32,577 nucleotides of DNA from Candidatus Methylomirabilia bacterium (GTDB taxonomy: Bacteria; Methylomirabilota; Methylomirabilia; Rokubacteriales; CSP1-6): the NCBI GenBank assembly GCA_041497895.1, contig JBGQHJ010000039.1, positions 1 through 32,577 on the forward strand, read 5' to 3'. This document shows positions 31,488-32,577 of the stretch, one piece after another. The number at the start of each line of letters is the position of its first letter. Position 1 is the first letter of the stretch. The position numbers and the translations under genes are program-made. Below the pieces are notes generated by a model, which was given only the letters and a program-made list of their open reading frames with translations, was not told where the DNA came from and searched no databases.

Positions 31488-32419
31488 TGACCGCGGACGA
31501 CGCCGCGAGCGGGCCGCTGGCACGGCTCGGCGCCGATCCCAAGGACCCCGACGCGGCGCTGCAGGCGGTGCGCTTCGAGCTCTACCGCGAGAACATCTAC
31601 GGGGCGCTCGAGATGGTCGAGGCCGCCCACGCGGCCCATCCCGACCCCCGCTACGCCGAGCAGGCCGCGCGCATCCGCTCGTGGCTCGGGCACCTGGCGA
31701 GCCGCGAGGCGTACATCGCGGCGCAGGACGAGCAGTACCGGCGCCTGCGCTGGCGCATGGGGCTCAAGCTGATCGAGAAGCGCATCCGCATGCTGCTCGG
31801 ACGGAAGACCCGCAAGATGGTCGAGCGTCGCGGGCGCGATCCGGAGTTCCAGGCGCTGGAGCGCGAGGTGGCCGAGGTGCGGGCGCGCCGGGTGCTCGAC
31901 GCGGGCAGCGGGGAGGGCGGGGTCGCGATGGCGCTCGCCGCGCGCCATCCGGACATGGACGTCGAGGGGGTCGAGGTCTCGGCCACCAACGTGCGGATCG
32001 CCCGGCAGCTCAACCGGTTCGGCAACGCGCACTTCCGCCAGGGGCTGGCCGAGGAGGTGCACGAGACGTTCCCGAAGGAGTCGTTCGACCTGATCTACTC
32101 CTTCGCGGTGCTCGAGCACGTGCGCGACGTGGACGAGACCATCCGCTCGATCATGGCCGTGCTGCGGCCGGGCGGCCGCTTCTGCTTCGTGGTGCCGATG
32201 CACGAGTTCCGGGCCAAGGGGCCGATCCCGGACTACGCGCCGGTCCACGGTTACGCCGACCACTGCCGGGTGTTCAGCGAGGGCGAGCTCTACCAGCGCT
32301 TCGGGCATCAGCCGAACTTCCGCCTGCAGAAGATCCCTGGCGCCTGGAAGCACGGCGAGCTGCCCGCCTGCTTCGAGCCGGTCGAGTTCGGCTCCTTCTT
32401 CGTCTCCTACGCGAAGTAG
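31487..32419 (+). CDS. Class I SAM-dependent methyltransferase with N-terminal helical extension
   Basis: VLDAGSGEG, FDLIYSFAVLEHV, LRPGG; ATG overlaps the permease stop (TGATG). Confidence 0.88.
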   Translation: MTADDAASGPLARLGADPKDPDAALQAVRFELYRENIYGALEMVEAAHAAHPDPRYAEQAARIRSWLGHLASREAYIAAQDEQYRRLRWRMGLKLIEKRIRMLLGRKTRKMVERRGRDPEFQALEREVAEVRARRVLDAGSGEGGVAMALAARHPDMDVEGVEVSATNVRIARQLNRFGNAHFRQGLAEEVHETFPKESFDLIYSFAVLEHVRDVDETIRSIMAVLRPGGRFCFVVPMHEFRAKGPIPDYAPVHGYADHCRVFSEGELYQRFGHQPNFRLQKIPGAWKHGELPACFEPVEFGSFFVSYAK

Positions 32420-32434
32420 CGCGCGGTTGTCGAG

Positions 32435-32463
32435 TTGTCGGCCTGCCGACGGCCTGCTATCAT
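32435..32463 (+). promoter_or_regulatory. Sigma-70-type promoter of tRNA-Glu
   Basis: TTGTCG-17 nt-TATCAT with an extended TG. Confidence 0.55.
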
Positions 32464-32498
32464 GCCGCTGTTCCGCTCGTCCACACGGTAGGCCCAGG

Positions 32499-32577
32499 GA
32501 CCCCGTCGTCTAGCCTGGCCAAGGACGCGACCCTTTCAAGGTCGAGATCGCGGGTTCGAATCCCGCCGGGGTCACCA
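32499..32577 (+). tRNA. tRNA-Glu (UUC)
   Basis: Acceptor stem GACCCCG/CGGGGTC, anticodon arm CGACC-CTTTCAA-GGTCG, GGTTCGAATCC, CCA at the last base. Confidence 0.96.

Noticed and set aside
28388..32419. 1343-aa ORF overlapping the RND permease
   Set aside because: Stop-poor shadow frame of high-GC DNA; only 31487-32419 is protein-like.
24547..32498. Possible genomic island between tRNA-Lys and tRNA-Glu
   Set aside because: No integrase, no duplicated tRNA 3' end and no evident compositional shift.

Overview
Very GC-rich bacterial chromosomal region. Gene content and repeat style suggest Rokubacteria/Methylomirabilota or a similar soil diderm; this is an inference. In order: (1) ftsZ tail and a ylm-type cluster (pgeF, yggS, proC, yggT, divIVA, yggU), then mtnA and a tandem SagB-type nitroreductase; (2) class V aminotransferase, histidine phosphatase, hisZ, purA; (3) a sigma-54 NtrC-type regulator, a HAMP/PAS histidine kinase and a Pro-rich lipoprotein, followed by an Ivy-like lipoprotein, otsB, an otsA with an N-terminal membrane/HAMP module, an OmpA-family lipoprotein, hpnR, and an atypical receiver protein plus a 42-aa membrane peptide; (4) small oxidoreductases, tRNA-Lys, a receiver protein, a PEP-CTERM protein, TetR-RND efflux genes, a methyltransferase and tRNA-Glu at the window end. 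The main observation is three sigma-54 promoters, each preceded by a tandem pair of GTAA-N3-TTAC boxes, which outlines a candidate local envelope/osmotic-stress regulon next to its likely activator. Also notable are two palindromic repeat types that have entered coding frames.
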